Part shown: positions 30,475-39,084 of the stretch, in pieces
Layout: the number at the start of each line of letters is the position of its first letter
Numbering within the stretch: the first letter of the stretch is position 1
IMG/VR virus record: IMGVR_UViG_3300033463_000081
Span: 14,375-78,374 of that record
Strand: one strand, 5' to 3'
Source: a virus
Lineage: Duplodnaviria; Caudoviricetes
Length of the DNA: 64,000 nt
Program-made: the position numbers and the translations under genes
Notes under the pieces: model-generated
What the model saw: the letters and a program-made list of their open reading frames with translations, nothing else
Told to the model about the DNA's origin: nothing
Database searches by the model: none

Positions 30475-30777
30475 CGATTTGGCATGATAGTAAAACAGAT
30501 TTCATGCTATCTATACGGAATCACGCATAAACACTTTCGGAATTTCTTTATAGAAAAAGGGAAGTGTTGCGGGCTTGGATTCGCAGTATGTGACGGGTGC
30601 AGATTCAAGCGCAAGTAACGATTCGGCCCATATTAGTGACCATCCATACGCATACATACACACTTGTTTAATAGCGGTCTGACAAGTGTTTCCCCACGAT
30701 TCGGGGAGTGACCGAGTGCTGACCGCTAAGTTGAACTCGTCATTGGGCGTGACGAGGGTAATATAAATAAAGCCCAT

Positions 30778-30814
30778 AAGAAGAGAGGGACTACCCTCAA
30801 TAGTCCCTCTTCTT
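30778..30814 (-). terminator. Terminator overlapping RHH-1 stop
   Basis: GAGGGACTA/TAGTCCCTC hairpin followed by a pyrimidine run on the minus strand. Confidence 0.65.
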
Positions 30815-30994
30815 CAGAAACTCATCAACAGCCCTCTGAATCACCCATGACCTTGGACGATCCTCTTCCTTGCAGAACTTGTCCAGTCGGGTGAGGATAC
30901 TGGGCGGCATCGTGATATTGAGCCGCAGGAAAAGACCCTCATCTTCCTTGCTGACCTCAATGCCACGGAGCGACCTACCTCCGTTGATTCCCAT
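30797..30994 (-). CDS. Ribbon-helix-helix (CopG-like) protein 1
   Basis: RLNITMPPSILTRLDKFCKEEDRPRSWVIQRAVDEFL; AGGAGGT RBS. Confidence 0.8.
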   Translation of the reverse strand: MGINGGRSLRGIEVSKEDEGLFLRLNITMPPSILTRLDKFCKEEDRPRSWVIQRAVDEFLKKRDY

Positions 30995-31050
30995 ACAGAC
31001 ACCTCCTTATTGATAGATTAACATCCATGTCAATGGAGATGTATGCGGAC

Positions 31051-31071
31051 TCAACTTTACGAGGCCCAAAT
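31051..31071. repeat. Conserved site copy 1 (TCAACTTT-AC-GAGGCCCAAAT)
   Basis: 19/21 identical to 31756-31776. Confidence 0.75.
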
Positions 31072-31103
31072 TAATAACCACTGACTTACACTGGTGTACA
31101 CCG

Positions 31104-31430
31104 ATGGAGAAGAGCAACATGGCAGAGTACGTCAACCGTGAAGAAATTCTTGCAGAGTATGACCGACAGCATCAAGGGCCTGCGGGCGGGGCAAGAAAGA
31201 TAATGGCAGAATGGCCCGCCGCTGACGTTGCTCCTGTTCATCACGGAAAGTGGATACCCGCAAAAACGAGATTTGCCTCATTGGGTGGTGACCCAGTATG
31301 GCAGTGTTCAGAGTGCGGTAAAGGCATCCACACTTACGGAATCGAACACGCATTATACAACGCCAACATCGCAGACGGACAATGGAAATACTGCCCCAAT
31401 TGCGGCGCAAAGATGGACGGTGAGAGGTGA
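31104..31430 (+). CDS. Zn-ribbon hypothetical protein common in Bacillota phages
   Basis: ADVAPVHHGKWI...CSECG...YCPNCGAKMD. Confidence 0.7.
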   Translation: MEKSNMAEYVNREEILAEYDRQHQGPAGGARKIMAEWPAADVAPVHHGKWIPAKTRFASLGGDPVWQCSECGKGIHTYGIEHALYNANIADGQWKYCPNCGAKMDGER

Positions 31431-31467
31431 TGCTCAGTGTACCCGGACTCGTTCCCCGTATGTGAGT

Positions 31468-31504
31468 AGAAGAGAGGGGCTACCCCTCAGTAACCCCTCT
31501 TCTT
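31468..31504 (-). terminator. Terminator overlapping RHH-2 stop
   Basis: Same layout as 30778-30814 with compensatory changes. Confidence 0.65.
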
Positions 31505-31678
31505 CAACCATTCATCAAGCGCACGTTGGATAACCCACGAGCGGTTGCGATCTTCCTCTTTCATGAATCTCTCCAATCGCTCACGGATGGAATTAGGCAA
31601 AGAGATATGCAAATCGGTAAACCCCGACATATCTTCGATGCCCCTCAGATTGCGGCCTCCATTGATGCCCATCGGCAA
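31487..31678 (-). CDS. Ribbon-helix-helix (CopG-like) protein 2
   Basis: LHISLPNSIRERLERFMKEEDRNRSWVIQRALDEWL; paralog of RHH-1; likely start ATG 31672. Confidence 0.8.
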   Translation of the reverse strand: MPMGINGGRNLRGIEDMSGFTDLHISLPNSIRERLERFMKEEDRNRSWVIQRALDEWLKKRGY

Positions 31679-31718
31679 ACACCTCCTACCACTATTGTAC
31701 GGCGGCTGTCAATGAGTG

Positions 31719-31754
31719 CCAGTGATAGCCAGTGAAATCCAGTGATAGCCAGTA
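31719..31754. repeat. 10-bp tandem repeats CCAGTGA(T/A)A(G/T)
   Basis: CCAGTGATAG CCAGTGAAAT CCAGTGATAG CCAGTA. Confidence 0.8.
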
Positions 31755-31755
31755 T

Positions 31756-31776
31756 TCAACTTTGAGAGGCCCAAAT
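31756..31776. repeat. Conserved site copy 2 (TCAACTTT-GA-GAGGCCCAAAT)
   Basis: See copy 1. Confidence 0.75.
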
Positions 31777-31811
31777 AAATTACTTGTGTTCAACCGAAAG
31801 GGGAGCTTTTT

Positions 31812-32309
31812 ATGGGTAATGATGAGAAGAAAATCGAATCTGTAAAGCTCCCCTCCGGCTGTGTTGGGCTGTGGGAGACTCCGACTATCGGAACAAAATC
31901 CTACCTGTACACGTCACCGGCAAACACGATGGCGCAGAACCAAAAGGTCGTAGACCGAGAGAACTGCGCACTGTGGTGGCCATATGGGAAAGGTCACGCC
32001 GTCTGCGACCATGCGGACTCTGTTCTCCCCGGAGGGCTGTGGCGTGTTCAGGATATAACCGTAGAGGACAACGCCACGCTCACACTCCCAGACGGAACGA
32101 GGAAATACTACACCTGCATGGGCCTGCTCAGATGCAGACGGAGACCTCGTGACTACGCATGGAACAATGCGCCCTTCGCCCCAGTCGCAAAGGAAGACGT
32201 GGTGTGCATCTGCTGTGCCAACAACAGCGGCAGTGAAGTGTATGTCGCCTATTTCAAACACAATTTCACAATAAAATCAAGCTCAACCATTGAGAGTATA
32301 AAAAAATAA
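31812..32309 (+). CDS. Hypothetical, possibly sortase-like fold
   Basis: AVCDHAD and VVCICC motifs spaced like the sortase His/Cys; GAAAGGGGAG RBS. Confidence 0.4.
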   Translation: MGNDEKKIESVKLPSGCVGLWETPTIGTKSYLYTSPANTMAQNQKVVDRENCALWWPYGKGHAVCDHADSVLPGGLWRVQDITVEDNATLTLPDGTRKYYTCMGLLRCRRRPRDYAWNNAPFAPVAKEDVVCICCANNSGSEVYVAYFKHNFTIKSSSTIESIKK

Positions 32310-32330
32310 GGGGAGGGTTCCCCCTCCCCT
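32309..32330 (-). terminator. Terminator of the recombinase gene
   Basis: AGGGGAGGG/CCCTCCCCT stem followed by a T run on the minus strand. Confidence 0.75.
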
Positions 32331-32331
32331 C

Positions 32332-33318
32332 TCACGCATACTTACGATAGGCGTTGCGCACGTTCTCCTTGCTTTGGTAGACGTATTCCATTGTGGTGTC
32401 CAGCTTGTCATGGCCGAGTACCGCCGCTACGTCCTGAATGGGCATACCGTTGTTGATGAGGTTCGTGGCCAACGTCCGGCGGAACTTATGCGGATGGACG
32501 CGCTCTACCCCGGACTCCGCGCCTAGCTGTCTGAGCATCCTTCGGACTCCACCGGGTTGTATACGCGCATCGGAACGGTTGATGAACAGCGCCTCGCAAT
32601 CGTCTTTTCTCTTATTCAGATAGCGTTCCAGCATCATGGCGGTCACGCCGTCGAAGAACACCACGCGCTCCTTGTTGCCTTTGCCTCGGACTTTGCATTC
32701 AAAGTTCACAAGGTCGAGGTCGGAGCGGTTGAGGGAACACGCCTCGGAGATGCGGCATCCAGTAGCCAAAAGAAAGAAGATGATAGCCTTGTCTCTCGGA
32801 TTACGGCATTTCTCTTTCAGCTTTTCTATTTCCGTATCGGAATACGGGGTCTTCACCTTCTTGGCGCATTTGATGGGTGCGAGATTAGCGCACGGATTAT
32901 CTTTGAGCAGGCCCTCTTTCTGACACCATCCGAAGAAAGAACAGTATACGCTCCTGTTCCCTTCCAATGTGGAGTCTGCAATCCCGCGCTCTTTCTCCTT
33001 GCCGAGATAAGAGCGGATGTGGAACACGGTGATTTCCCTTACGGGGACATTGAGAGCGGAGAACAATCTTCTTAGCGTGTAGACAGACCTCGTGATGCTC
33101 TTTTCCGAGCATCCCTGCAATCTCTTCGTATCGCAGTATATGTCGAGCATTTCCTGCGCATCATTTGAGCCTGACTCGTTGGGGTGTTCCTCAACGGCAT
33201 ATGAGGACAGGTTCGCGGAGAGGATATCAAGTACGGAGTTGATATCTTTCTCCAATAAAAAAGTCTTTAATTGTCTCTCTGTTTCTTTCAGCAATCGCTG
33301 TTTGGCAGTTACAGACAT
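32332..33318 (-). CDS. XerC/D-like tyrosine recombinase
   Basis: GCRISE, KGNK, HKFRR and LGHDKLDTTMEY catalytic motifs. Confidence 0.92.
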   Translation of the reverse strand: MSVTAKQRLLKETERQLKTFLLEKDINSVLDILSANLSSYAVEEHPNESGSNDAQEMLDIYCDTKRLQGCSEKSITRSVYTLRRLFSALNVPVREITVFHIRSYLGKEKERGIADSTLEGNRSVYCSFFGWCQKEGLLKDNPCANLAPIKCAKKVKTPYSDTEIEKLKEKCRNPRDKAIIFFLLATGCRISEACSLNRSDLDLVNFECKVRGKGNKERVVFFDGVTAMMLERYLNKRKDDCEALFINRSDARIQPGGVRRMLRQLGAESGVERVHPHKFRRTLATNLINNGMPIQDVAAVLGHDKLDTTMEYVYQSKENVRNAYRKYA

Positions 33319-33363
33319 TTTTCATACAACCTCCAATCTTAGTATTAGGAAAGGACAGACAAC

Positions 33364-33849
33364 ATGGCATCTTATGAACTCGGACAAGTCGCAATCGTGA
33401 ATAAAGGTGCATGGAGCAGTGCCACAAGCTATGTTCTGCTCAATACGGTGACGCACAACGGTGGCTCGTTCATGTGTATCTCCGCCAACACCAACAAGGA
33501 ACCGGGCGTGGCTTCGGGATGGGCTACTTACTGGGTAAACATGGCGAAGGGCATTAAGACCGTGAGCATCGTGGCTGATTCCACATCGACCGCTCATGCG
33601 GTGTTCACCATGTCGGACGGCATGACCATTACGGGAACCACGTTCACCACATCTCCCGTGGCTGCTGGCTCCATCACGGATACGGAGATAACAAGCAACG
33701 GCATCTCACGCATAGCCAACGGAGCGGTGACGGCGGCGAAGCTCGGCTCGGACATCCTGCCTGCCAACGTGGGCATCAAGCATGGAAACCACAATCCTCC
33801 GACCACATCGGACATCTCTGACGGACAGATATATCTGTACCACGCATAA
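33364..33849 (+). CDS. Minor tail/fibre protein
   Basis: KGAWSSATSY...VTHNGGSFMC CBM-like repeat; AGGAAAGG RBS. Confidence 0.55.
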   Translation: MASYELGQVAIVNKGAWSSATSYVLLNTVTHNGGSFMCISANTNKEPGVASGWATYWVNMAKGIKTVSIVADSTSTAHAVFTMSDGMTITGTTFTTSPVAAGSITDTEITSNGISRIANGAVTAAKLGSDILPANVGIKHGNHNPPTTSDISDGQIYLYHA

Positions 33850-33862
33850 GGTGGTGTAGCTC

Positions 33863-34855
33863 ATGGGATGGCAGACTAACGACCCAGGCGGCTCGTATTC
33901 GTCCGTAGCCAGTATCACAAAAGCCATGAACAAATACACCGTGGTCATCACGGTGAGCATGGCGCGGCTTACGAACAACGGCATTGCGTTCAAGTTCGTG
34001 CAGACCACATCCAAAGGCTCCTCCTCCACATACAAGCCCCCGGACTATATGGATTTCCGCGTGGGGAGCGACACCCGTTCTGAGAACTGGGGAACCGGCG
34101 GCGGAGAGCGGTACTATGTGAAAAACTTGACGCTCTACTGGAGGGGTACACTCAACAAGAACTCGACCGTGAACGTGAAAGTGGGCGCTCACGATGCGGG
34201 AGACTCGGCGTTTGACCACGCTGTATACATCAACAAGGATGTGACAGGCCCGGACTACACATCCAAATACTCGCTGACTTTTAACGGCAACGGGAACAAC
34301 AGTGGTTCCACAAGTTCCTTCAACGATAAGACCTACGGCACTGAGATAATTATGCCCGAATGTGGGTATACAAAGACGGGCTACAACTTTGTAGGGTGGA
34401 ACACAAACCAATCAGCAACAACGGCGCAGTATCAGCCCGGAGATTCCTATACCATCACAGCGAATGTCACGTTCTACGCCATATGGTCACAGATAACCTA
34501 TACCGTCAGCTACAACGGCAACGGAGCGGACAGCGGAACAACAGAAGAACAGACGAAATACTGGGGCACACCCCTTACCCTTCAGAGCAACGGCTATACC
34601 AAAGCCAACTACACGTTCCAACACTGGAACACGGCGGCGGACGACAGCGGAACGTCCTACGCCGCAGGCGCATCGTACATAGACAACGCCGCCGTAACGC
34701 TCTACGCCATATGGAAGAAAAACAATATCCCCGTGTTCATCAGAAGCGGCAACGCCATCATCCAAGTGGAAAAGGCGTTCATAAATGTCGGCGGAACGAT
34801 AAAGGAATGCACCGTGTATCAGAATCTCGGTGGGAATATCATCGTTTACCAGTAA
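33863..34855 (+). CDS. Protein with two InlB B-repeats (Listeria-Bacteroides repeat)
   Basis: YSLTFNGNG...GYNFVGWNT...FYAIW and YTVSYNGNG...YTFQHWNT...LYAIW. Confidence 0.8.
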   Translation: MGWQTNDPGGSYSSVASITKAMNKYTVVITVSMARLTNNGIAFKFVQTTSKGSSSTYKPPDYMDFRVGSDTRSENWGTGGGERYYVKNLTLYWRGTLNKNSTVNVKVGAHDAGDSAFDHAVYINKDVTGPDYTSKYSLTFNGNGNNSGSTSSFNDKTYGTEIIMPECGYTKTGYNFVGWNTNQSATTAQYQPGDSYTITANVTFYAIWSQITYTVSYNGNGADSGTTEEQTKYWGTPLTLQSNGYTKANYTFQHWNTAADDSGTSYAAGASYIDNAAVTLYAIWKKNNIPVFIRSGNAIIQVEKAFINVGGTIKECTVYQNLGGNIIVYQ

Positions 34856-34866
34856 GGGGTGAGTGA

Positions 34867-35742
34867 ATGCTCAATGTAATCGACATATCCTCGTGGCAGA
34901 CGGGCATGAACCTCGACACGATGTATAAGCGGAACCCGGATTTGAACGGAGTCATCGTCAAGGTGACGCAAGGCACGTCCTATGTGAATCCCCCCGCAAA
35001 GGAATGGCTCGAATGGCTGATGTCCAAGAACAAGCCTTTCGGCGTGTATCATTTCCTTGACCTCTACGGAGGCGTGGCTGAAGCACAGCACTTCGTCAAC
35101 ACCATCCAGCCGTATATCGGCAAGGGAATCCTCGTCATAGACTACGAGGGCAACGCCGTCCGCAAGGGCGCAGGCTACCTCAAAGAATGTCTCGATGAGG
35201 TCTATCGGCTGACCAACGTCAAGCCGTTCGTCTACTGCTCACAGAGCATCACGCAGACCAACGGATTTGACAAGATAGCGGCGGCGGGATATCCGCTGTG
35301 GATGGCGCAGTACGCAGATTACAACCCCGTACACGGATTCTTGGAGAAGCCGTGGCAGAAAGGCTCGGTCAAACCGTTCGACAAATACTGGATGCACCAA
35401 TATACTTCCTGCGGATATCTGAACGGATGGGATGGGCGTCTGGACTTCGACCTCTTCTATGGAACGGAACTGGACTGGCGCAAGCTGGCGTACAGTGACA
35501 TCGAACCCGACGTTCCCGTTACGCCACTGAAGAAAGCCGACCCAAGCATATGCCTGCGTGTACTCAAGAACGAGTTTGGAGTTGGCACGGACAGAATCAT
35601 ACGCCTGCGTGAAGAGGGCTACGACCCAACCGATGTGCAGAAGACGCTGAACAGGCTGTTCATAGAGGCGAAGAACGCAAGAACCGCCATAGGCGATGAC
35701 ATGAGCTACCTGAACTCTATCCTTTGGATAATGAAATCTTAA
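34867..35742 (+). CDS. GH25 muramidase endolysin with CW_7-like C-terminus
   Basis: VIDISSWQ, VKVTQG, GVYHF, VIDYE, LWMAQY, HQYTS, LDFD; tail GEFGVGTDRI.RL-like (NEFGVGTDRIIRLREEGYDP). Confidence 0.9.
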   Translation: MLNVIDISSWQTGMNLDTMYKRNPDLNGVIVKVTQGTSYVNPPAKEWLEWLMSKNKPFGVYHFLDLYGGVAEAQHFVNTIQPYIGKGILVIDYEGNAVRKGAGYLKECLDEVYRLTNVKPFVYCSQSITQTNGFDKIAAAGYPLWMAQYADYNPVHGFLEKPWQKGSVKPFDKYWMHQYTSCGYLNGWDGRLDFDLFYGTELDWRKLAYSDIEPDVPVTPLKKADPSICLRVLKNEFGVGTDRIIRLREEGYDPTDVQKTLNRLFIEAKNARTAIGDDMSYLNSILWIMKS

Positions 35743-35758
35743 TGAGGAGGAATCATAT

Positions 35759-36040
35759 ATGGCATACGAAATCAAATCCGTATCTTATCCCGCCCTGAAG
35801 CCAATCATGGAAATCGAGGCGGACGCACTGTCCGATATCGAATCCCTTACAGGCATGGCGGAGGGAAGCACCTGCAAGGTCAGTTCCACAACCTATGTCT
35901 ACGATGAGGTCAACGGCTGGGCCGAAGCGGGAACTCAGGGTCAGGAACTCCCCGCGTTCCCTGAAGAGAACGGCAACTACCACCTCAAATGCGCCGTCAC
36001 CAACGATGGAGCAACGCTCAGTTGGGTGGCTCTCACCTAA
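35759..36040 (+). CDS. Hypothetical virion-associated protein
   Basis: GAGGAGG RBS; last plus-strand gene before the terminator. Confidence 0.6.
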   Translation: MAYEIKSVSYPALKPIMEIEADALSDIESLTGMAEGSTCKVSSTTYVYDEVNGWAEAGTQGQELPAFPEENGNYHLKCAVTNDGATLSWVALT

Positions 36041-36057
36041 ACACCAAAACACAAAGA

Positions 36058-36101
36058 ATGCCGTCAGACGCAACAGAATGCGTTCTGACGGCATTTTCTT
36101 T
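36058..36101. terminator. Likely bidirectional terminator at the convergence of late and early arms
   Basis: ATGCCGTCAGA...TCTGACGGCAT stem then TTTCTTTT. Confidence 0.75.
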
Positions 36102-36112
36102 TCGGAGTATAG

Positions 36113-37129
36113 TTATTGCGTAAGTTGACGAAGTTGCGCCACAGCCCGTCTGAGGGCGTCTGCAACGTAATCGTAGTCTTCCTTGGGAGTTTCGGGGCAG
36201 AAAGACAGACGGATGGTGGAGAGAGCCTGCTCCACGGTAAGCCCGGACGCAAGCAGAACGGGGGACGGTGCGTCAGAATCGGAGGAGCAGGCCGCGCCTG
36301 CCGAAGCGTACACGCCGAGGGCGTCAAGGGCAACGAGCAGTTCACGGGCGTTCACGCCATCGAATCGGACGGACAGAATACTGTGCACGGCATGGATGGG
36401 CGTGTTGATATGCGCCCCCTCAATCTCCATGATGGAATGACCGAGACCGTACAGACGCTCCGCCATTCTGTCACCGTCTTCGTACATATACTCCGTTCTG
36501 TACACGAGGGCGTCCGCCATAGCACTGACAAGAGCCACGGGCGGAGTGCCGGGGAACGTATCGTCATCGGATATCCCTCCCTTCATATAGAGAAATCCGA
36601 TGCCGGGGTATCCCCCGAACTTGTGCGCTCCTGCGGCGAGGGCTTCCACGCCCAGCTCTTTGACGTTCACGGGAATCTGACCGACAGCGGCGGTGGCGTC
36701 CGTGAAGACACGGTTGTGAGTGGAATCCTTTTTCACCTCGTAATCATACCGTTCCCCGGTCTCGTTGTTGACGAGCATGTGGGCAACGGCATTCCCGTCC
36801 ACAACGCCGAACGAACGGATAGACTCCACGGAGTCACGGACAGCCTTATGCTCGTAGGGCGAACACCATCCGATGTTCATGACGTTGACGGCGAAACGGC
36901 AGGCGGCTGTGGCGGACGGCGTGAACGCTATCTCCGTGGGAAAATCAGCGCCGATACACTCGGCGATATCCGCACGGGCTTTCTCCAACAAACTCCTTGC
37001 CACACGCCCATACTGGTGCGTACCGTTGGGGTTGGCGAGGAGGCCGTGCATATTGGTTTCCGCTATGGGAAGCACGGGGGCGGAGGCGGCGCAGTCGGCG
37101 TAGACTCTCCGCCATTCCATATCAGACAT
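36113..37129 (-). CDS. iscS: Cysteine desulfurase (IscS/NifS group I, shortened)
   Basis: YADCAASAP, EHKAV, VNNETG, DATAAVGQ, PLP lysine AHK, catalytic GAACSS, IRLSF; GAGGAG RBS fits ATG 37129. Confidence 0.9.
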   Translation of the reverse strand: MSDMEWRRVYADCAASAPVLPIAETNMHGLLANPNGTHQYGRVARSLLEKARADIAECIGADFPTEIAFTPSATAACRFAVNVMNIGWCSPYEHKAVRDSVESIRSFGVVDGNAVAHMLVNNETGERYDYEVKKDSTHNRVFTDATAAVGQIPVNVKELGVEALAAGAHKFGGYPGIGFLYMKGGISDDDTFPGTPPVALVSAMADALVYRTEYMYEDGDRMAERLYGLGHSIMEIEGAHINTPIHAVHSILSVRFDGVNARELLVALDALGVYASAGAACSSDSDAPSPVLLASGLTVEQALSTIRLSFCPETPKEDYDYVADALRRAVAQLRQLTQ

Positions 37130-37436
37130 CGGCAATCTCCTCCTCAAACATTTCTATGGCGATGTGCGCCTTTCGTTGGTATCTGTGCTGTGCTTCGGAT
37201 ATCTTCTTATTCCGACAGTTATAACAGCATGTGGAGCGGCCCGACTTGAGGTTGCTCCCTATCACAATGTCCTCCGCACCGCAGTCGCAACGGCAGTGCC
37301 AACGTGGGGTGCTGTGCGAGACTATCATGCCGTTGCGGAAGTCCACGGACGTACTGGTGTAGTCGGCGTAGGAGCGGCCCAAGACCGTCCACGAACCGAA
37401 TCTTTTCCCGGTCAGGTCAAGGGCGTGTCTGCCCAT
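37122..37436 (-). CDS. AP2/HNH-associated small DNA-binding domain protein
   Basis: DLTGKRFGSWTVL...WHCRCDCG...NLKSGRSTCC signature; no HNH nuclease part visible. Confidence 0.7.
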   Translation of the reverse strand: MGRHALDLTGKRFGSWTVLGRSYADYTSTSVDFRNGMIVSHSTPRWHCRCDCGAEDIVIGSNLKSGRSTCCYNCRNKKISEAQHRYQRKAHIAIEMFEEEIADV

Positions 37437-37792
37437 CAGAAGAACTCCTCGTCCGAGAATCGGTAGCCGTCTATGTTTTTGACCCGATAGTTGAAGTTGT
37501 CCGGGTTGTCCCGCGTTTCGGGGTCGTTCTGCTTGGTTTCCACGAGGTCTACGAAAACATCGTAGGGGATGATTTCATCGTACTCGTCCATGATGACGAA
37601 CTCCGTGGAATCGACCGTGTGATTCTTGAGCCACGTCTTCACCTGCGGCCATGTGTGCCATGTTACTGGCGGCTCAGACCATGTGTCGGACTGCTCCTGA
37701 AAGTGGAACAGCCAGCCGACAGAACTCTTCCCGATATGATGGGGAGATTCCGTGGTGGGTCTGTTCCGCACGGCGTAGTAGTTAGTTCCCAT
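37436..37792 (-). CDS. Hypothetical protein
   Basis: HIGKSSVGWLFHF pattern; coupled to neighbours. Confidence 0.6.
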   Translation of the reverse strand: MGTNYYAVRNRPTTESPHHIGKSSVGWLFHFQEQSDTWSEPPVTWHTWPQVKTWLKNHTVDSTEFVIMDEYDEIIPYDVFVDLVETKQNDPETRDNPDNFNYRVKNIDGYRFSDEEFF

Positions 37793-38087
37793 CTTTCTTC
37801 CTTTCTCCGTGGGCGCAGTAGAAATCTTTCTTCACGCACCCGTCTATCATGGGGCAGATAAGGTACGCCTGACCAATGTCCATTGCGTTCTCGCATTCGG
37901 CGCACCGCACGACCGATTCAAGAACAGGTGTTGTACGCACAATGTCCATACAATTGGTCACAACTTTGGCATACGAATACATAAGGGCATCATGCACGGC
38001 GTCCTCGCCACACGTCCCGTCCAAATAATCAATGCGGAGTTGCGTCAGCTTTTCGATTGTATCATCACGGTCAATCAATGCGCTCAT
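37782..38087 (-). CDS. Hypothetical Cys-tail protein
   Basis: VVRCAECE...FYCAHGERK. Confidence 0.6.
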   Translation of the reverse strand: MSALIDRDDTIEKLTQLRIDYLDGTCGEDAVHDALMYSYAKVVTNCMDIVRTTPVLESVVRCAECENAMDIGQAYLICPMIDGCVKKDFYCAHGERKKDGN

Positions 38088-38211
38088 GGTTTACTCCTCA
38101 TCATCCTCGGCGGTGAGTTCGTTGTACAGCTGGGTGAACCGCCTGTTCCAACTGCGCATACCACAGAATAAGACGATTCCGAGGACAAGCCATTCTATAC
38201 TCACAATAATC

Positions 38212-38439
38212 TCAAGCATCTTTTACCTCCGATTTCAGCCAGTCCAAAACGCACTTTACGCACTCCTTATGCGGAGGGCATTCCTCTTTCGGCGGAACGG
38301 TACACCACATGGCGTCACAGCAATGCTCGTCAATGTACACCGCCAATTCCTCGTCTGTTAATTCCCGAATAAATTCCGCATTCGTGCGTGTGCCGATGAC
38401 TTCATCGTGACCGCACACGGGGCATTTACCTATGGTCAT
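38212..38439 (-). CDS. TN(A/G)D-x-IR family paralog 1
   Basis: TNAEFIRELTDEELA...CVLDWLKSEV. Confidence 0.6.
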   Translation of the reverse strand: MTIGKCPVCGHDEVIGTRTNAEFIRELTDEELAVYIDEHCCDAMWCTVPPKEECPPHKECVKCVLDWLKSEVKDA

Positions 38440-38654
38440 TCAGACACCTCCAGTCCGAGCCATCCTTCGATGTTGTCCGTGGGTTGGTCATTACAACAGC
38501 AGTACAGTGGGCATTCCTTGTCGCAACATTCGTCATAGACTTTCGCATATCGCACATGAAATGTCAGAACCTTTGCTATCCACTCCGCAAGGTCATAGTC
38601 GGACAGAGAGCGGATGACATCGCCGTTGGTCATTCGGATACCTCCTCCAACCAC
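38436..38654 (-). CDS. TN(A/G)D-x-IR family paralog 2
   Basis: TNGDVIRSLSDYDLA...WLGLEV. Confidence 0.6.
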   Translation of the reverse strand: MVGGGIRMTNGDVIRSLSDYDLAEWIAKVLTFHVRYAKVYDECCDKECPLYCCCNDQPTDNIEGWLGLEVSE

Positions 38655-38893
38655 TTAATCCAACATTTGTCGCAAGAATCTTCTTCGCATCCATATATGC
38701 CGCTAATAACACAAGTTATCTCATTGCGGATGTTTGCCAAAAACCTGCCAAGTTCTTCATCGTCCATACTGCGGAGCTTGTCAGCGTTGGTAGGTTCAAC
38801 GGTTCTCGTTTCGCGGCAAGAAACACTGTCAAAATCCAAAAGGCAGGAATATTTCTCTCCGCATCTATCACAAACGGTAATTGGTCTATTCAT
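38630..38893 (-). CDS. TN(A/G)D-x-IR family paralog 3
   Basis: TNADKLRSMDDEELG...CWIKWLEEV. Confidence 0.6.
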   Translation of the reverse strand: MNRPITVCDRCGEKYSCLLDFDSVSCRETRTVEPTNADKLRSMDDEELGRFLANIRNEITCVISGIYGCEEDSCDKCWIKWLEEVSE

Positions 38894-39084
38894 TTTCGCA
38901 CACCGCCTATCAATTTCTTAATCTGCTCCGCACATTCGGGGCATATCCACGTTGCCTTTGATGCCACCTTGCTTCCGGGATTTTCATAGCATCCGCAAAT
39001 GGAACAGATATGGGACGGAACGACATCATCTTTTGCGTCCGGGCAACGAGGACAATAGTAATACGGCCCACAGTCAACTCTCAT
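38890..39084 (-). CDS. Small Cys-rich protein
   Basis: CPRC, CSIC, CPEC; overlapping start/stop. Confidence 0.55.
   Translation of the reverse strand: MRVDCGPYYYCPRCPDAKDDVVPSHICSICGCYENPGSKVASKATWICPECAEQIKKLIGGVRK

Larger units (their letters stand above)
30286..33350. mobile_element. Tyrosine-recombinase island interrupting the tail operon
   Basis: Xer-like recombinase, two paralogous RHH units, a repeated 21-bp site and mixed gene orientation between fibre genes; boundaries approximate. Confidence 0.5.

Noticed and set aside
30511-30777. 88-aa minus-strand ORF downstream of RHH-1
   Set aside because: It lies after a terminator with no RBS, and its composition is uninformative; left uncalled
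36113-37129. Dnd/Ssp DNA phosphorothioation system
   Set aside because: Only a desulfurase is present; no DndC/D/E or SspB-E-like ORFs recognised in the window
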